A stretch of DNA of 64,000 nt from an uncultured Desulfosarcina sp. (GTDB lineage Bacteria > Desulfobacterota > Desulfobacteria > Desulfobacterales > Desulfosarcinaceae): assembly GCA_963674945.2 (NCBI GenBank), contig CAXXWQ010000004.1:1856001-1920000 (forward strand), written 5' to 3'. The notes under the pieces are model-generated. The model worked only from the letters and a program-made list of their open reading frames with translations. It had not been told where the DNA came from and made no database searches. Of the stretch, positions 26,411 to 36,073 are shown in pieces. Within the stretch, counting starts at the first letter, position 1. Every line of letters begins with the position of its first letter. The translations under genes were made by a program, and so were the position numbers.

Positions 26411-27013
26411 ATGTACAGACACCACGAAAAACGATACCACTGCGTTGCCCTTGCGATTGTGTTCGCCCTGTTTGCCGGGACGGCGTTCGCCGACGACATC
26501 GTTACCTCCATCAATGAAGCCCTGGAATACTATAAAAATGGTGATTATACCGAGGCCGTTTCGAATCTCAACTATGCCGCCCAGTTGATCCAGCAGAAAA
26601 AAGGCGGCAGCCTGGAATCGTTTCTGCCAAAACCCCTATCGGGCTGGAGCGCCGAAGATGCCTCCTCCCAGGCGGCCGGAGCGGGAATGTTCGGTGGGGT
26701 CACCGCCCAGCGGGAGTACCGGAAGGGAGACAGTTCCGTTTCGGTTACCATCATTACCGACTCCCCCATGCTCCAGGGGATGATGGTCATGTTTTCCAAT
26801 CCCATGTTCGCCACCTCGGACGGCGGCAAACTGGAAAAGATCAACAAGCAAAAAGCCATCGTAAAATATCAGCCATCGGAAAAGGAGGGAGAGATACAGA
26901 TCATGGTGGCCAGCCGTTTCCTGGTGACCGTTGAGGGAAGGGATGTCACGAAAGCGGAGCTGAACCAATACGCCGAAGCCATCGACTTTGATAAGTTGGC
27001 AGAACTTCCGTAA
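26411..27013 (+). CDS. Secreted hypothetical protein
   Basis: Signal peptide ending in AFA; first gene of the envelope cluster. Confidence 0.75.
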   Translation: MYRHHEKRYHCVALAIVFALFAGTAFADDIVTSINEALEYYKNGDYTEAVSNLNYAAQLIQQKKGGSLESFLPKPLSGWSAEDASSQAAGAGMFGGVTAQREYRKGDSSVSVTIITDSPMLQGMMVMFSNPMFATSDGGKLEKINKQKAIVKYQPSEKEGEIQIMVASRFLVTVEGRDVTKAELNQYAEAIDFDKLAELP

Positions 27014-27054
27014 TCTTGAAGAAAAAATCTGCACACTTCAATAAGGAGCGAATC

Positions 27055-28302
27055 ATGATCAAACATGCAGCGAAGTTCACTCTCTTGCCAATGGCCATCG
27101 CGGCGGCAATGCTTTTTATCGGTTGCCAGACCATGGATGTCTTGAAAGCGGATCTGATGATCACGCAGGAAAAATACAGTGACGCCATTCCGTTGCTGGA
27201 GAGCTATGTGGCACAGAAGCCAACTGCCATCACCGAAAAAAGCAAGCTCGGTTTCGCCTATCTGAAAACCGGCCGTATCGACGAGGCCATCTCTACCTTT
27301 GCGGCAGTCCTCGAGATGCAGCCAAACGAGCCATATTCGACCCTCTACCTTGGCCTCGCCTACCTGAACAAGGGGCAATATGACAAGGCGATCGTTACCT
27401 GGCAGGCCTATACGGACGACACGAAGCCGCTGGTGGAGGCAGAAGTGAAGCGATTGACCACGCTCGTCCAGATCGCCGAGAGCCAGCGGGCTGCAAAAGA
27501 GGCCATCGCCAACGAAAAGAAAACGAGTGCCTTGCCGTTGGACGACAATACGGTCGCGGTCTTTTACTATAAAGACCTCACCCGGAACGGAGAACTGAAA
27601 GGGTTCGAAAAAGGCCTGGCCGCCATGGTGATCACCGATCTTTCCAAGATCCAATCGCTGCAGGTGGTGGAACGGCTTCGCATGCAGGCCCTTTTGCAGG
27701 AAATGAAGCTGGGGCAAACGGGTATCGTGTCCCCCGATACGGCACCTCGCATCGGCCGGTTGATCGGCGCCGAGAACCTGGTGGTGGGGACCATGGCCGG
27801 GAAAATTCAAGTATCCACCACACTTGCCTCCGCCAACACACGTTCCATCAAAGGAACCACGACGGCGAATGTCGACAAGACCGCCTTTTTCGAAATTCCC
27901 AGTGGAATCGCACTGGACGCGGCGAAAATCATGGGAATCGCGCTGACCGATCAGGAGCGTCAAGCCATCGGAACCCCGCAAACGAAAAGTTACGCGGCGG
28001 TTGTGCACTACGGAATGGCCTTGGATGCCCTGGATGCCGGGAAATGGGAGGATGCCCAAAACCTGTTTGCCATGGCGCTCCAAGCGGACCCGCAATTCGA
28101 GCTGGCCCAAAAGGGATTGGAGAGATGTCCCGGTGGTGGATCGCCGAGCACAGGCCAGTTGGGCAACATGACATCATCGCAACTGTCCGAAATGGCGGAC
28201 AAGGCCATCGAAGAAGCGATGACGAGTCAGGCCAAGTCCGATCAAGAGGAAGCCGAGACGACTGCTGGCGGCGGTGGCGGCGGTGGTGGCGGCGGCCATT
28301 GA
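27055..28302 (+). CDS. TPR + CsgG/HfaB/FlgO-like lipoprotein with a poly-Gly tail
   Basis: Lipobox FIGC; TPR repeats; VAVFY...GLAAMVITDL...VVER...EMKL.Q.G...A.RIGRLIGA. Confidence 0.75.
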   Translation: MIKHAAKFTLLPMAIAAAMLFIGCQTMDVLKADLMITQEKYSDAIPLLESYVAQKPTAITEKSKLGFAYLKTGRIDEAISTFAAVLEMQPNEPYSTLYLGLAYLNKGQYDKAIVTWQAYTDDTKPLVEAEVKRLTTLVQIAESQRAAKEAIANEKKTSALPLDDNTVAVFYYKDLTRNGELKGFEKGLAAMVITDLSKIQSLQVVERLRMQALLQEMKLGQTGIVSPDTAPRIGRLIGAENLVVGTMAGKIQVSTTLASANTRSIKGTTTANVDKTAFFEIPSGIALDAAKIMGIALTDQERQAIGTPQTKSYAAVVHYGMALDALDAGKWEDAQNLFAMALQADPQFELAQKGLERCPGGGSPSTGQLGNMTSSQLSEMADKAIEEAMTSQAKSDQEEAETTAGGGGGGGGGGH

Positions 28303-28384
28303 TCGCCCCCACGAAATCTTGCGTTTCAATCCAGAACAGGAATATAGGCGCCTGGTCGAAAACCTTCATATGAGAAAAACGGAT

Positions 28385-29122
28385 ATGAACGAAATCAACT
28401 TCGTCCGTTGGTTGGCCGCATACTTGGCTTTGTTGGTCCTTCTCACGGGATGTCAGACGGCTTCCGAAACCGTCAAACCTGAAAGGGAAAAAGATGCCGT
28501 CACCATGGGAAAGACGGGCGTTCAGGCGCCCAAAACCCTGGCAATCTTTCCTTTTGAAAACAACTCCGTTACCGATCCTGCGCAATATGATCCCTTACGC
28601 AAGGGGCTTTGCGCCATGCTCATCACCGATCTGAACAAGAGTGGAAGCACCCTCAAACTCATCGAGAGAAGCAAAATCGAGTCGCTGTTAAAGGAAATTG
28701 CCCTGGGCCAGGCCGGGGGCATAGACGAGTCGACGGCTGTTCAAGTGGGGAAGATCCTGGGGGCACAGAGCATCGCTTTCGGGTCCTTCATGGTGCTGGG
28801 GACCCAGGTTCGTATGGACGTGCGGGTCATCAAGGTGGAAACCAGCGAACTGATCGTATCCGAATCCATCACCGGCAGCAGCGATGACTTCATGGCACTG
28901 GAGACCCAACTGGCGGAAAAGATCGCCAAATCCCTTCGCGTTGCATTCATTCCTGCAACAATGGGATCGGCAAGCGACATGAATGCGGCGCTGGTGTTCT
29001 CCCAGGGGCTGGATGCCCTCGACCGGGGAGACCGGGACGAAGCGGATCGGTTGTTTGCAAAAACCATTGAACTGGACCCCGCTTTTCAATCGCGGGTAGA
29101 GGCCATTAAAGGCGTACAATGA
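28385..29122 (+). CDS. CsgG/HfaB-like lipoprotein with a C-terminal TPR
   Basis: Lipobox LTGC; LAIFPFEN...MLITDL...LIERS...EIALGQ.G.IDESTA.QVGKILGA...DVRVIKVET. Confidence 0.78.
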   Translation: MNEINFVRWLAAYLALLVLLTGCQTASETVKPEREKDAVTMGKTGVQAPKTLAIFPFENNSVTDPAQYDPLRKGLCAMLITDLNKSGSTLKLIERSKIESLLKEIALGQAGGIDESTAVQVGKILGAQSIAFGSFMVLGTQVRMDVRVIKVETSELIVSESITGSSDDFMALETQLAEKIAKSLRVAFIPATMGSASDMNAALVFSQGLDALDRGDRDEADRLFAKTIELDPAFQSRVEAIKGVQ

Positions 29123-30249
29123 TAAAATCCGTTCGCATTCTCCTTGTTCTGTTTGGATTGAGCGTAACAACAATGGTGGCCTTTGCGGCTGCCCCGAAAG
29201 TCGTGGATACCGAGGGCGCCAGTGAGAATTCCAAGGCCGATGCCATTCGAATGGCCCAACGTGCCGCCGTGGAACAGGCGGTGGGGGTATTCATTCATTC
29301 GGAAACCGAAGTATCGAATTTCAAATTAAAGAGAGACGACATTCTCTCCCGCAGCCAGGGATATGTGACCGATTATCGTATCCTCAGCGAAAACAAGGAG
29401 GATACTCTTTTCACGGTGCGGATCCGGGCCACCGTATCCATGGATTCCATCAAGGACGACCTGATCGCCATGAAAATCCTGCTGGAGGGCCTTGATCGCC
29501 CCAAACTCATGACCCTGATCGATGAAGACTACCTTCACATGGCAAGACCGCAGATGCGGATCGCCGAAACGGAACTCAACGCCCTTCTCGCACAAAAGGG
29601 GTTCGAACTGGTGGACCAGGCCCATTTGGAACGAATCAAGGACAAGGACCAGGCCCGTCAAGCAATGACGGGCAATGTGGCCGCCGCCTCACAACTGGGA
29701 CTTATGTTCGGCGCCCAGTATGTCATCGTCGGCAAAGCGGTGGTTCAGGACGCCGGAGAAGCATTTCCCGGAAGCGGAATCAAATCCATCCAGTCGAGCG
29801 TTCAACTCAAGGTCATTCAGAGCCAAAGCGGACTGCTGTTGGGTTCTGTGGTGGAAAACGGCGTCGCCGCCCACGTCAGCCAGCTTACCGGAGCGACCCG
29901 TTCCATTCAACAGGCCGTAACCAAGGCAACGGATGCATATCTCGTGAATGCCATCACCGACAGCTTCCAGGACTACCTGAACAATGGGTCGCCGTTAAAA
30001 CTTCATGTTACCGGTGTGACCTCTTTTCGCCTTTACAAGCAGGTGTCGGCGGTGGTCGAATCCATCAAGCCGGTGGTCTCCAGCAAGAAGGAGGGGTGGA
30101 ACAAGGCAAGCGGGCTGCTGATCCTGGATCTGCGGTTCAAGGGAACCAGCGAAGATCTTGCAGAACATCTGGACGGAAAACGCATCGGGGAAAACAGTAT
30201 CGAGGTCGTGGACTTCGCGCCCGACCGCCTGGACTGCCAGCTCAACTGA
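29119..30249 (+). CDS. Secreted protein with an FlgT-N/LPP20-like N-terminal domain and a CsgG-like fold
   Basis: Signal peptide; DAI..AQRAAVEQAVGVFI.SET.V.N...D.I.S.SQGYV; ATGA overlap with the upstream stop. Confidence 0.65.
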   Translation: MIKSVRILLVLFGLSVTTMVAFAAAPKVVDTEGASENSKADAIRMAQRAAVEQAVGVFIHSETEVSNFKLKRDDILSRSQGYVTDYRILSENKEDTLFTVRIRATVSMDSIKDDLIAMKILLEGLDRPKLMTLIDEDYLHMARPQMRIAETELNALLAQKGFELVDQAHLERIKDKDQARQAMTGNVAAASQLGLMFGAQYVIVGKAVVQDAGEAFPGSGIKSIQSSVQLKVIQSQSGLLLGSVVENGVAAHVSQLTGATRSIQQAVTKATDAYLVNAITDSFQDYLNNGSPLKLHVTGVTSFRLYKQVSAVVESIKPVVSSKKEGWNKASGLLILDLRFKGTSEDLAEHLDGKRIGENSIEVVDFAPDRLDCQLN

Positions 30250-30289
30250 CGGCCGAGGTGAACTCATTTACATCGACGACGGCAAAGAC

Positions 30290-31903
30290 ATGCAAGAAAA
30301 AGAATGGTGCAAAGCCCAGATTCTGGTTTCTCTCGTGTTTCTATTGTTCAGTTGTACCCATGGACGGGAAACGGTATGGGACAGCGGGCAAGGGACGGCC
30401 GACGGCAAGGTCCGGCAAATCGCGACCATCATAGACCAAATCCAGAACCAGAATCCGACATCGGTGGCGGCATCGGCGTTATCGATCACCGAACCCTATG
30501 ACCAGACGATCTTTCCGCCCGACATCGCCCCTTTCACAATCACATGGAAAGACACGAACCCTGAATCCAGAAATTGGCTCCTGACCCTGCGCTTTACCGA
30601 CGGCACGCCCCCCATCCATGTCCTCGCGGGACAGACACGATGGACACCCGAGGGCGCATTGTGGGAAAAGATCAAGGCCCACTCCATCGGCACACCAGCG
30701 GAGATATCCATCACGGGCATCGATGGGCCAACATCACCGACCGTGACTTCCCGGGACCGCATAACGATTTTAACCGCCGCCGAACCGGTGGCGGCCGCTG
30801 TCTTTTTCCGCCGGGTCCCCCTTCCCTTTTCCACCAAGAATTTCGACCAGATGAAATGGTGTCTCGGAAACATCTCCACCAATGCAAAACCAAAGGTGGT
30901 CATGGAGAATCTGCCCGTGTGCGCAAGCTGCCACCTCTTTTCCAGAGACGGAAAGACGATGAGCATGGAAATGAACTTCGGTGGGGATGGCGGTGCCCAA
31001 TTTGTGACACCGGTGAGAAAAGATATCCGTCTGACGGCCGATGACTTCATGAGCTGGAACGACTACCCCAGGACCGGCGTTCTCCCCAAAAGCAGAGGCC
31101 TCTTCGGCAAGATGTCACCGTCGGCCAATTACCTGGTCAGTTCGGTAAATGAGATCTCCCTTGCCCTGATCACCAACGAAGCGGCCTTCTCACAGGTTTT
31201 TTTTCCCACCTACGGAATACTGGCCACCTATTCCATAAAGGAGAGGAAATTCACCCCATTGCCGGGAGCAGACGATTTTCAATACGTTCACGCCAATCCC
31301 AATTGGAGCCCCGACGAGCAGTTCATCGCCTTTTGCCGTGCCAGAACCAAAAACGAAGTGCACGAAAATATCGCCAACGTGGTTTCCATGTTCAAGGATG
31401 AGGGGATTCATGCACTGAACGAAAAGTACAACATCCAGTTTGACCTGTATCAGATACCCTTTCACCAGGGCCAGGGCGGCATTGCCAAACCAATTGAAGG
31501 CGCTTGTAAAAACGGTTTCAGCAATTACTTCCCCCGATACTCACCCGATGGCAAGTGGATCGTCTATACCCGAAGCAAGACGGGCATCATGCTCCAGCCG
31601 GACAGCGAGCTTTACATTGTTCCCAGCAATGGTGGCGTGGCGAGAAGAATGACATGCAACCGCAAATTGTTCAACTCCTGGCACAGCTGGTCCCCCAACG
31701 GCAGATGGCTCCTCTTCTCTTCCAAGGTCAACACCCCCTTTACGGAAATCTTTCTCACCCACGTCGATGAAGCGGGGAACGACAGCCCTCCCGTGCGCCT
31801 TTCCCAATTCAGTTCCTCCACCCACGCGGCGAATGTACCGGAATTTGTCAATATTGCGCCCGATGCCATCGAATCGATCCGGGTCCAGGGGTACCACGAC
31901 TGA
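30290..31903 (+). CDS. TolB-like (PD40 repeat) lipoprotein with a CxxCH motif
   Basis: Lipobox LFSC; PNWSPD, PRYSPDGKW and HSWSPNGRW repeats; CASCH. Confidence 0.75.
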   Translation: MQEKEWCKAQILVSLVFLLFSCTHGRETVWDSGQGTADGKVRQIATIIDQIQNQNPTSVAASALSITEPYDQTIFPPDIAPFTITWKDTNPESRNWLLTLRFTDGTPPIHVLAGQTRWTPEGALWEKIKAHSIGTPAEISITGIDGPTSPTVTSRDRITILTAAEPVAAAVFFRRVPLPFSTKNFDQMKWCLGNISTNAKPKVVMENLPVCASCHLFSRDGKTMSMEMNFGGDGGAQFVTPVRKDIRLTADDFMSWNDYPRTGVLPKSRGLFGKMSPSANYLVSSVNEISLALITNEAAFSQVFFPTYGILATYSIKERKFTPLPGADDFQYVHANPNWSPDEQFIAFCRARTKNEVHENIANVVSMFKDEGIHALNEKYNIQFDLYQIPFHQGQGGIAKPIEGACKNGFSNYFPRYSPDGKWIVYTRSKTGIMLQPDSELYIVPSNGGVARRMTCNRKLFNSWHSWSPNGRWLLFSSKVNTPFTEIFLTHVDEAGNDSPPVRLSQFSSSTHAANVPEFVNIAPDAIESIRVQGYHD

Positions 31904-32057
31904 GATCTTTGAAAAAATGAATCAAGAAATTACATCTTCAGATATTTTCATGAGGTGATTGAAAAAGGGGAGAACGCCACTTCTCCGAATGCCAGATCAT
32001 GATGAGCGAAGCTTCATCAATATCCTCTTGAACGTAGGACGTACAAGGCTCTTTTTT

Positions 32058-32405
32058 TCAACTCTTTACTCCCAGCGGAGCATTCCCTTTCAGATATACC
32101 CGAATCAATTCAAACAATTCTTTGTACACAGTGATCTTTCCAACCTCGGGCGCACCGATTGACATGAACACTGCCTGTCGCCCATACAGCCGATCCTCCC
32201 GAACCGTCTTGATTTCATCCCACGGTATCAAAAGCTTCCTTTGCCTACCCAACGGTGGACGCACCCAAATGAACAGCCCTCCAACGTCCATGCTCACTGT
32301 CACGCATCTTCGATAGCGCACAGCTCCGAGCTTCACGGTCTGCTTGGTTTGAAGACCCCCTCCAGGATCGTGCGTTGCACGATAATATTCAGATAGTTTG
32401 TCCAT
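32058..32405 (-). CDS. Hypothetical protein (possibly truncated)
   Basis: TGATG coupling to the upstream gene; PH-like LLIPWDEI motif. Confidence 0.55.
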   Translation of the reverse strand: MDKLSEYYRATHDPGGGLQTKQTVKLGAVRYRRCVTVSMDVGGLFIWVRPPLGRQRKLLIPWDEIKTVREDRLYGRQAVFMSIGAPEVGKITVYKELFELIRVYLKGNAPLGVKS

Positions 32406-33202
32406 CAGCAAAGGGCTCCGGCCATCCGTTCGACGTTGACGTGCATGTTTAGCAGGCCCACTGGATTGCCGAATTGTGTATAGATTGCAACGTCAGCCGC
32501 ATCGCGACCGAAAGCGATCGCGATGCGTCCTCCTTGGAGACCGACTTGTGTCGGATCGAATGTGTACCACCGATGTCCAACATAGGCCTCAAACCAAGCG
32601 TGAAGATCCATCGGTTCAAGCGTTTCAAGGTAACCCACGACCATTCGCGCCGGTATCGATAACGCACGGCAACATGCGATGCCCAAGTGTGCCATATCCC
32701 GGCATACACCACTTCCAAACTCGTTTACCTCGGTTGCGCTTATGATTCGCTGCCCGGCGCCAGGTGTGTACCGCACTGTGTTGCGGATATAATCGACGAT
32801 GGCCGCACACTGGTCGTAGCCTGCGGCGCGGCCTGCTACGAGTGATCTGGCCATCTCGGTGAAACGATCTGATTCACAGTATCGGCTTGGATGCAGGAAT
32901 GGCAGTGTCTCGTCGGGTAGCTGCTGTACTTCAACAAACGGGGCGTTAGGGTTCGCGTCATATGCATCTGCGGTTTCAATATCAACGGATGAATGAATGG
33001 TAAAATGTCCGGTAGGCGAGACCAGTCGTTGACACAGATTGCCGAACAAATCAGTGAACTCTACCACCGGCACACTCGGTTTCAAAACATACTGCTCGCG
33101 AGCGACCCACTGCTGCCATCCGCTCCGTGGACGAAGCATGAGTAGGAAAGGCGTTGGAACAGGTATCTTAAATTCAAGGAGGCAAGATGCGTGCAGCCAC
33201 AT
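32405..33202 (-). CDS. Transglutaminase-like family protein
   Basis: [26 protein letters not shown] (Cys-His-Asp triad). Confidence 0.9.
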   Translation of the reverse strand: MWLHASCLLEFKIPVPTPFLLMLRPRSGWQQWVAREQYVLKPSVPVVEFTDLFGNLCQRLVSPTGHFTIHSSVDIETADAYDANPNAPFVEVQQLPDETLPFLHPSRYCESDRFTEMARSLVAGRAAGYDQCAAIVDYIRNTVRYTPGAGQRIISATEVNEFGSGVCRDMAHLGIACCRALSIPARMVVGYLETLEPMDLHAWFEAYVGHRWYTFDPTQVGLQGGRIAIAFGRDAADVAIYTQFGNPVGLLNMHVNVERMAGALC

Positions 33203-33239
33203 AATGAACCTTCATTCTTAGAAGTACAGTCATAGAAAA

Positions 33240-33463
33240 CGTTTGCAGTCCCAACTATTCATCGGCAAACGGGCCGCTTTTATTTTTTTCGTAACCAAGT
33301 GTGTAATGATTGCTGAATAACTCAAAAAAAGGCATCAGTAGTATCGATAAAATCCCTCCACCTTTGCCCCTCCCCCTCCGCCAGCCCGAGCAATGGCATT
33401 ATCTGGCAGCACAGCACAGAAAATAACAATTGAAATAACGAATAAGAAACTGATATTATTCAT
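33240..33463 (-). pseudogene. Frameshifted remnant of a membrane protein (Tim44-like-family N-terminus)
   Basis: Three frames read MNNISFLFVISIVIFCAVLPDNAIARAGGGGG / GGGILSILLMPFF / YSAIITHLVTKKIK; GGAG RBS upstream. Confidence 0.45.
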
Positions 33464-33517
33464 TTTGATACTCCATTTTTTGCCTAACGGTCTAACTGGA
33501 AACGAATCATATAGATG

Positions 33518-34432
33518 TCAGCTTGAAATATATGGGTTGTCCGGTAGTTGAATAATCTCATAACCTTCATTCGCCAGTTTCTGGAGCAATTCTTTGGACG
33601 GCCTTTTTTTAAAAGTAATTGACGCAAGAATACCGTAATTGGAAAGCCCTAACTTTGATAAAACATCGGCAATGCAGATCAATGTCTTTACCTTCTTTTG
33701 CACAGGGCCTTTATCTGACATCTTTTCATACTCAACCCCTGGGAAGTAGGAATCATTAAGCTCTTTAAAAGCTACGGTCTTATAATTTAGCCCTAACGCC
33801 ACCTTCTCCATTTCTCTCTTGGAAATACTATACACATAGTTGCCCGATTCTTCAAATGGATGTTTGTTGGTTTTCCTTCCAAGAAAATATTTAACCATAT
33901 TTTTAATCTTTTTAAAAAGAATGATAGAATATCTGTGAATGATATAGCCGTCATTCGGCTCAATGAGTATGACGCCACTTCTTGCTACACGCAACATTTC
34001 GTAGAATGCGATCATAGGTCTTGGAAAATGATGATAAGATTCTTTGCATAAAATATAATCGAATGCTTCGTCCTCAAAAGATAGAGATTCCGCATTTTCT
34101 ACTTTGTATTTGTCGATATATCCGATAGCTTTTGCTTCCTTAAGCAAACACTCAGATATGTCAGTTGCAAGAGCATCACATCCTTTTTCCGTGATATATT
34201 TTGAATCTTTTCCATATCTACCATCTCCCACAGTAAGCCACGTTGCATGTGGTTCGGCAGATAATATAGGATCAAGAACTTGATACATTCGCCGGTGACG
34301 CCATGCATCAACAGTATCTTCCGCAAACCACATTTTGGCGTGCAACGCTTTTTCGCCGTTCTCAGCGTATTCTTTAAAATGTTCCGCGTGTTGCTGGTAG
34401 CTTATCTCTTGAAAAGTTCTCATGGTGTTCAT
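33518..34432 (-). CDS. Class I SAM-dependent methyltransferase (AT-rich)
   Basis: WLTVGDG, ENAESLSFEDEAFD, HHFPRP, EMLRVA; GAGGAG RBS before MNTM. Confidence 0.82.
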   Translation of the reverse strand: MNTMRTFQEISYQQHAEHFKEYAENGEKALHAKMWFAEDTVDAWRHRRMYQVLDPILSAEPHATWLTVGDGRYGKDSKYITEKGCDALATDISECLLKEAKAIGYIDKYKVENAESLSFEDEAFDYILCKESYHHFPRPMIAFYEMLRVARSGVILIEPNDGYIIHRYSIILFKKIKNMVKYFLGRKTNKHPFEESGNYVYSISKREMEKVALGLNYKTVAFKELNDSYFPGVEYEKMSDKGPVQKKVKTLICIADVLSKLGLSNYGILASITFKKRPSKELLQKLANEGYEIIQLPDNPYISS

Positions 34433-35020
34433 AAGAATTATCTCCTCGAATTGTGAAGGGTTACAATTATCAGCATCACTGATGCACAATAACAAGAATA
34501 TTGGCGACAACGTTTCAAAAACGCGAACCACCCCCATATTTGCCAAAGAGCTTAGCAACACATGGAACTTGGCAGGTACGATGAAAATATCTTCGTTTTG
34601 GCTGACAACTTGGCTTAATGTCTTACATGATATGCGCGAAAGTGCCTGTTGCATCTGCGTGTAGCATCCAACATAAATCTCCGCATTTCCTGATCTCTGC
34701 AACGCCGCGATAGAACATTTCGGCACTTCTATTAGACTCTATAGTCAAAACTCTTAAGAAAGAAAAGTAGTTTTGTATGAAAAACGGACGAAAATTATTG
34801 GACAAGGCAAGACAGGAGAGATTTTTTCATACAGTCACGTTCTGAAGCCGGACGTGGGCGAGGGAATCAATGCAGTGGAAAGAGCGCCTCTGCCATATCG
34901 AATCACATGGATTTCACTTCGCTTCATTCCTCCTATTTGACCGAAATAAAATTGCCTATGTACAAACATGCCAAATGTTCGCTATGGTACATTTTTTCAA
35001 ATCTCTACGAAATAAATTGA

Positions 35021-36019
35021 ATGGAAGCGCGAATGGATGCTCAAATCGCCGAAATCATCGACAAAGCCACGGACCTGACTCCCATCGACCGGGAAGAGGC
35101 ATTGGCACTGATGCAGGAACCTCTTCACTCGAAGGCGTGCTATATGATCATGGAGGCCGCCAACAGAATGTCCCGATCCCAATTCGGCAACAAGGGTGAA
35201 AATCATTATCATATCGGTCTCAATGTCGAACCCTGCCCCATGGATTGCCTCTTTTGCAGCCTCACCCGAAAGGCGGGAATTTTTAAGGAAAAAATCGATT
35301 TTTCCATGGATCAAATTCTGTCCTGGGCCAGGCAGGCCGAACAGGAAGGCGCAGACGCCCTGAACCTGATGACCACCGGCACCTATCCCTTCGATAAATT
35401 GCTCGAAGTGGGGAGAATGTTAAAAAAACAGATCAATGTTCCCCTGGTGGCCAACACGAGAGATATCAACCACAAAGAGGGCGAAGCCTTGATGGAAGCC
35501 GGCTTCGTGGGGGCCTACCATGCCATCCGGTTGGGAGAGGGTCGCGATACCCCCTTAAAACCGGAAAAACGCCTGAACACCATACGGGTCCTTTCGGATG
35601 TTGGCCTTTTGTGGATGAACTGCGTGGAGCCGGTGGGTCCCGAACACGCGGCCGAAGAGATCGTGGATCTCATGTTATTGGCACGGGACTATGGCGCGGT
35701 CTATAGCGGTGTCATGCGCCGGATCAACTTTCCGGGTTCCCCCATGGCGCGATTCGGTATGATCAGCGAACTGGAGATGGCCCGACTGGTGGCCATCAGT
35801 CGGTTGGTGATGGGGGATGTACCGAAGGCCCACTGCACCCACGAACCCCATGCGGCATCCCTCATGGCCGGAGCCAATCTCTTCTTTCCCGAGGTGGGAT
35901 CGAGCCCCCGTGACGGCTGTCCCGACACCGGCAAGGGAAGAGGCAAGGATGTACAGCGGTGTCAGGACATTCATCGGGAGATGATGTGGGATCCGGCATT
36001 GCCTTCGAATGTCTTTTAA
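35021..36019 (+). CDS. Radical SAM enzyme, BioB/HydE/PylB-like (BATS-type)
   Basis: CPMDCLFC motif; BioB-like layout; MAGANL near the C-terminus. Confidence 0.8.
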   Translation: MEARMDAQIAEIIDKATDLTPIDREEALALMQEPLHSKACYMIMEAANRMSRSQFGNKGENHYHIGLNVEPCPMDCLFCSLTRKAGIFKEKIDFSMDQILSWARQAEQEGADALNLMTTGTYPFDKLLEVGRMLKKQINVPLVANTRDINHKEGEALMEAGFVGAYHAIRLGEGRDTPLKPEKRLNTIRVLSDVGLLWMNCVEPVGPEHAAEEIVDLMLLARDYGAVYSGVMRRINFPGSPMARFGMISELEMARLVAISRLVMGDVPKAHCTHEPHAASLMAGANLFFPEVGSSPRDGCPDTGKGRGKDVQRCQDIHREMMWDPALPSNVF

Positions 36020-36073
36020 AATGCGCTTTATACTTATATTGATAAACGACTTCTTTTTTAAAAGGGAAAAATC

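Noticed and set aside
34810..34900. Possible riboswitch upstream of the radical SAM/ABC operon
   Set aside because: I could not match the conserved cores of TPP, SAM, cobalamin or glycine riboswitches by eye; an Rfam cmscan would settle it
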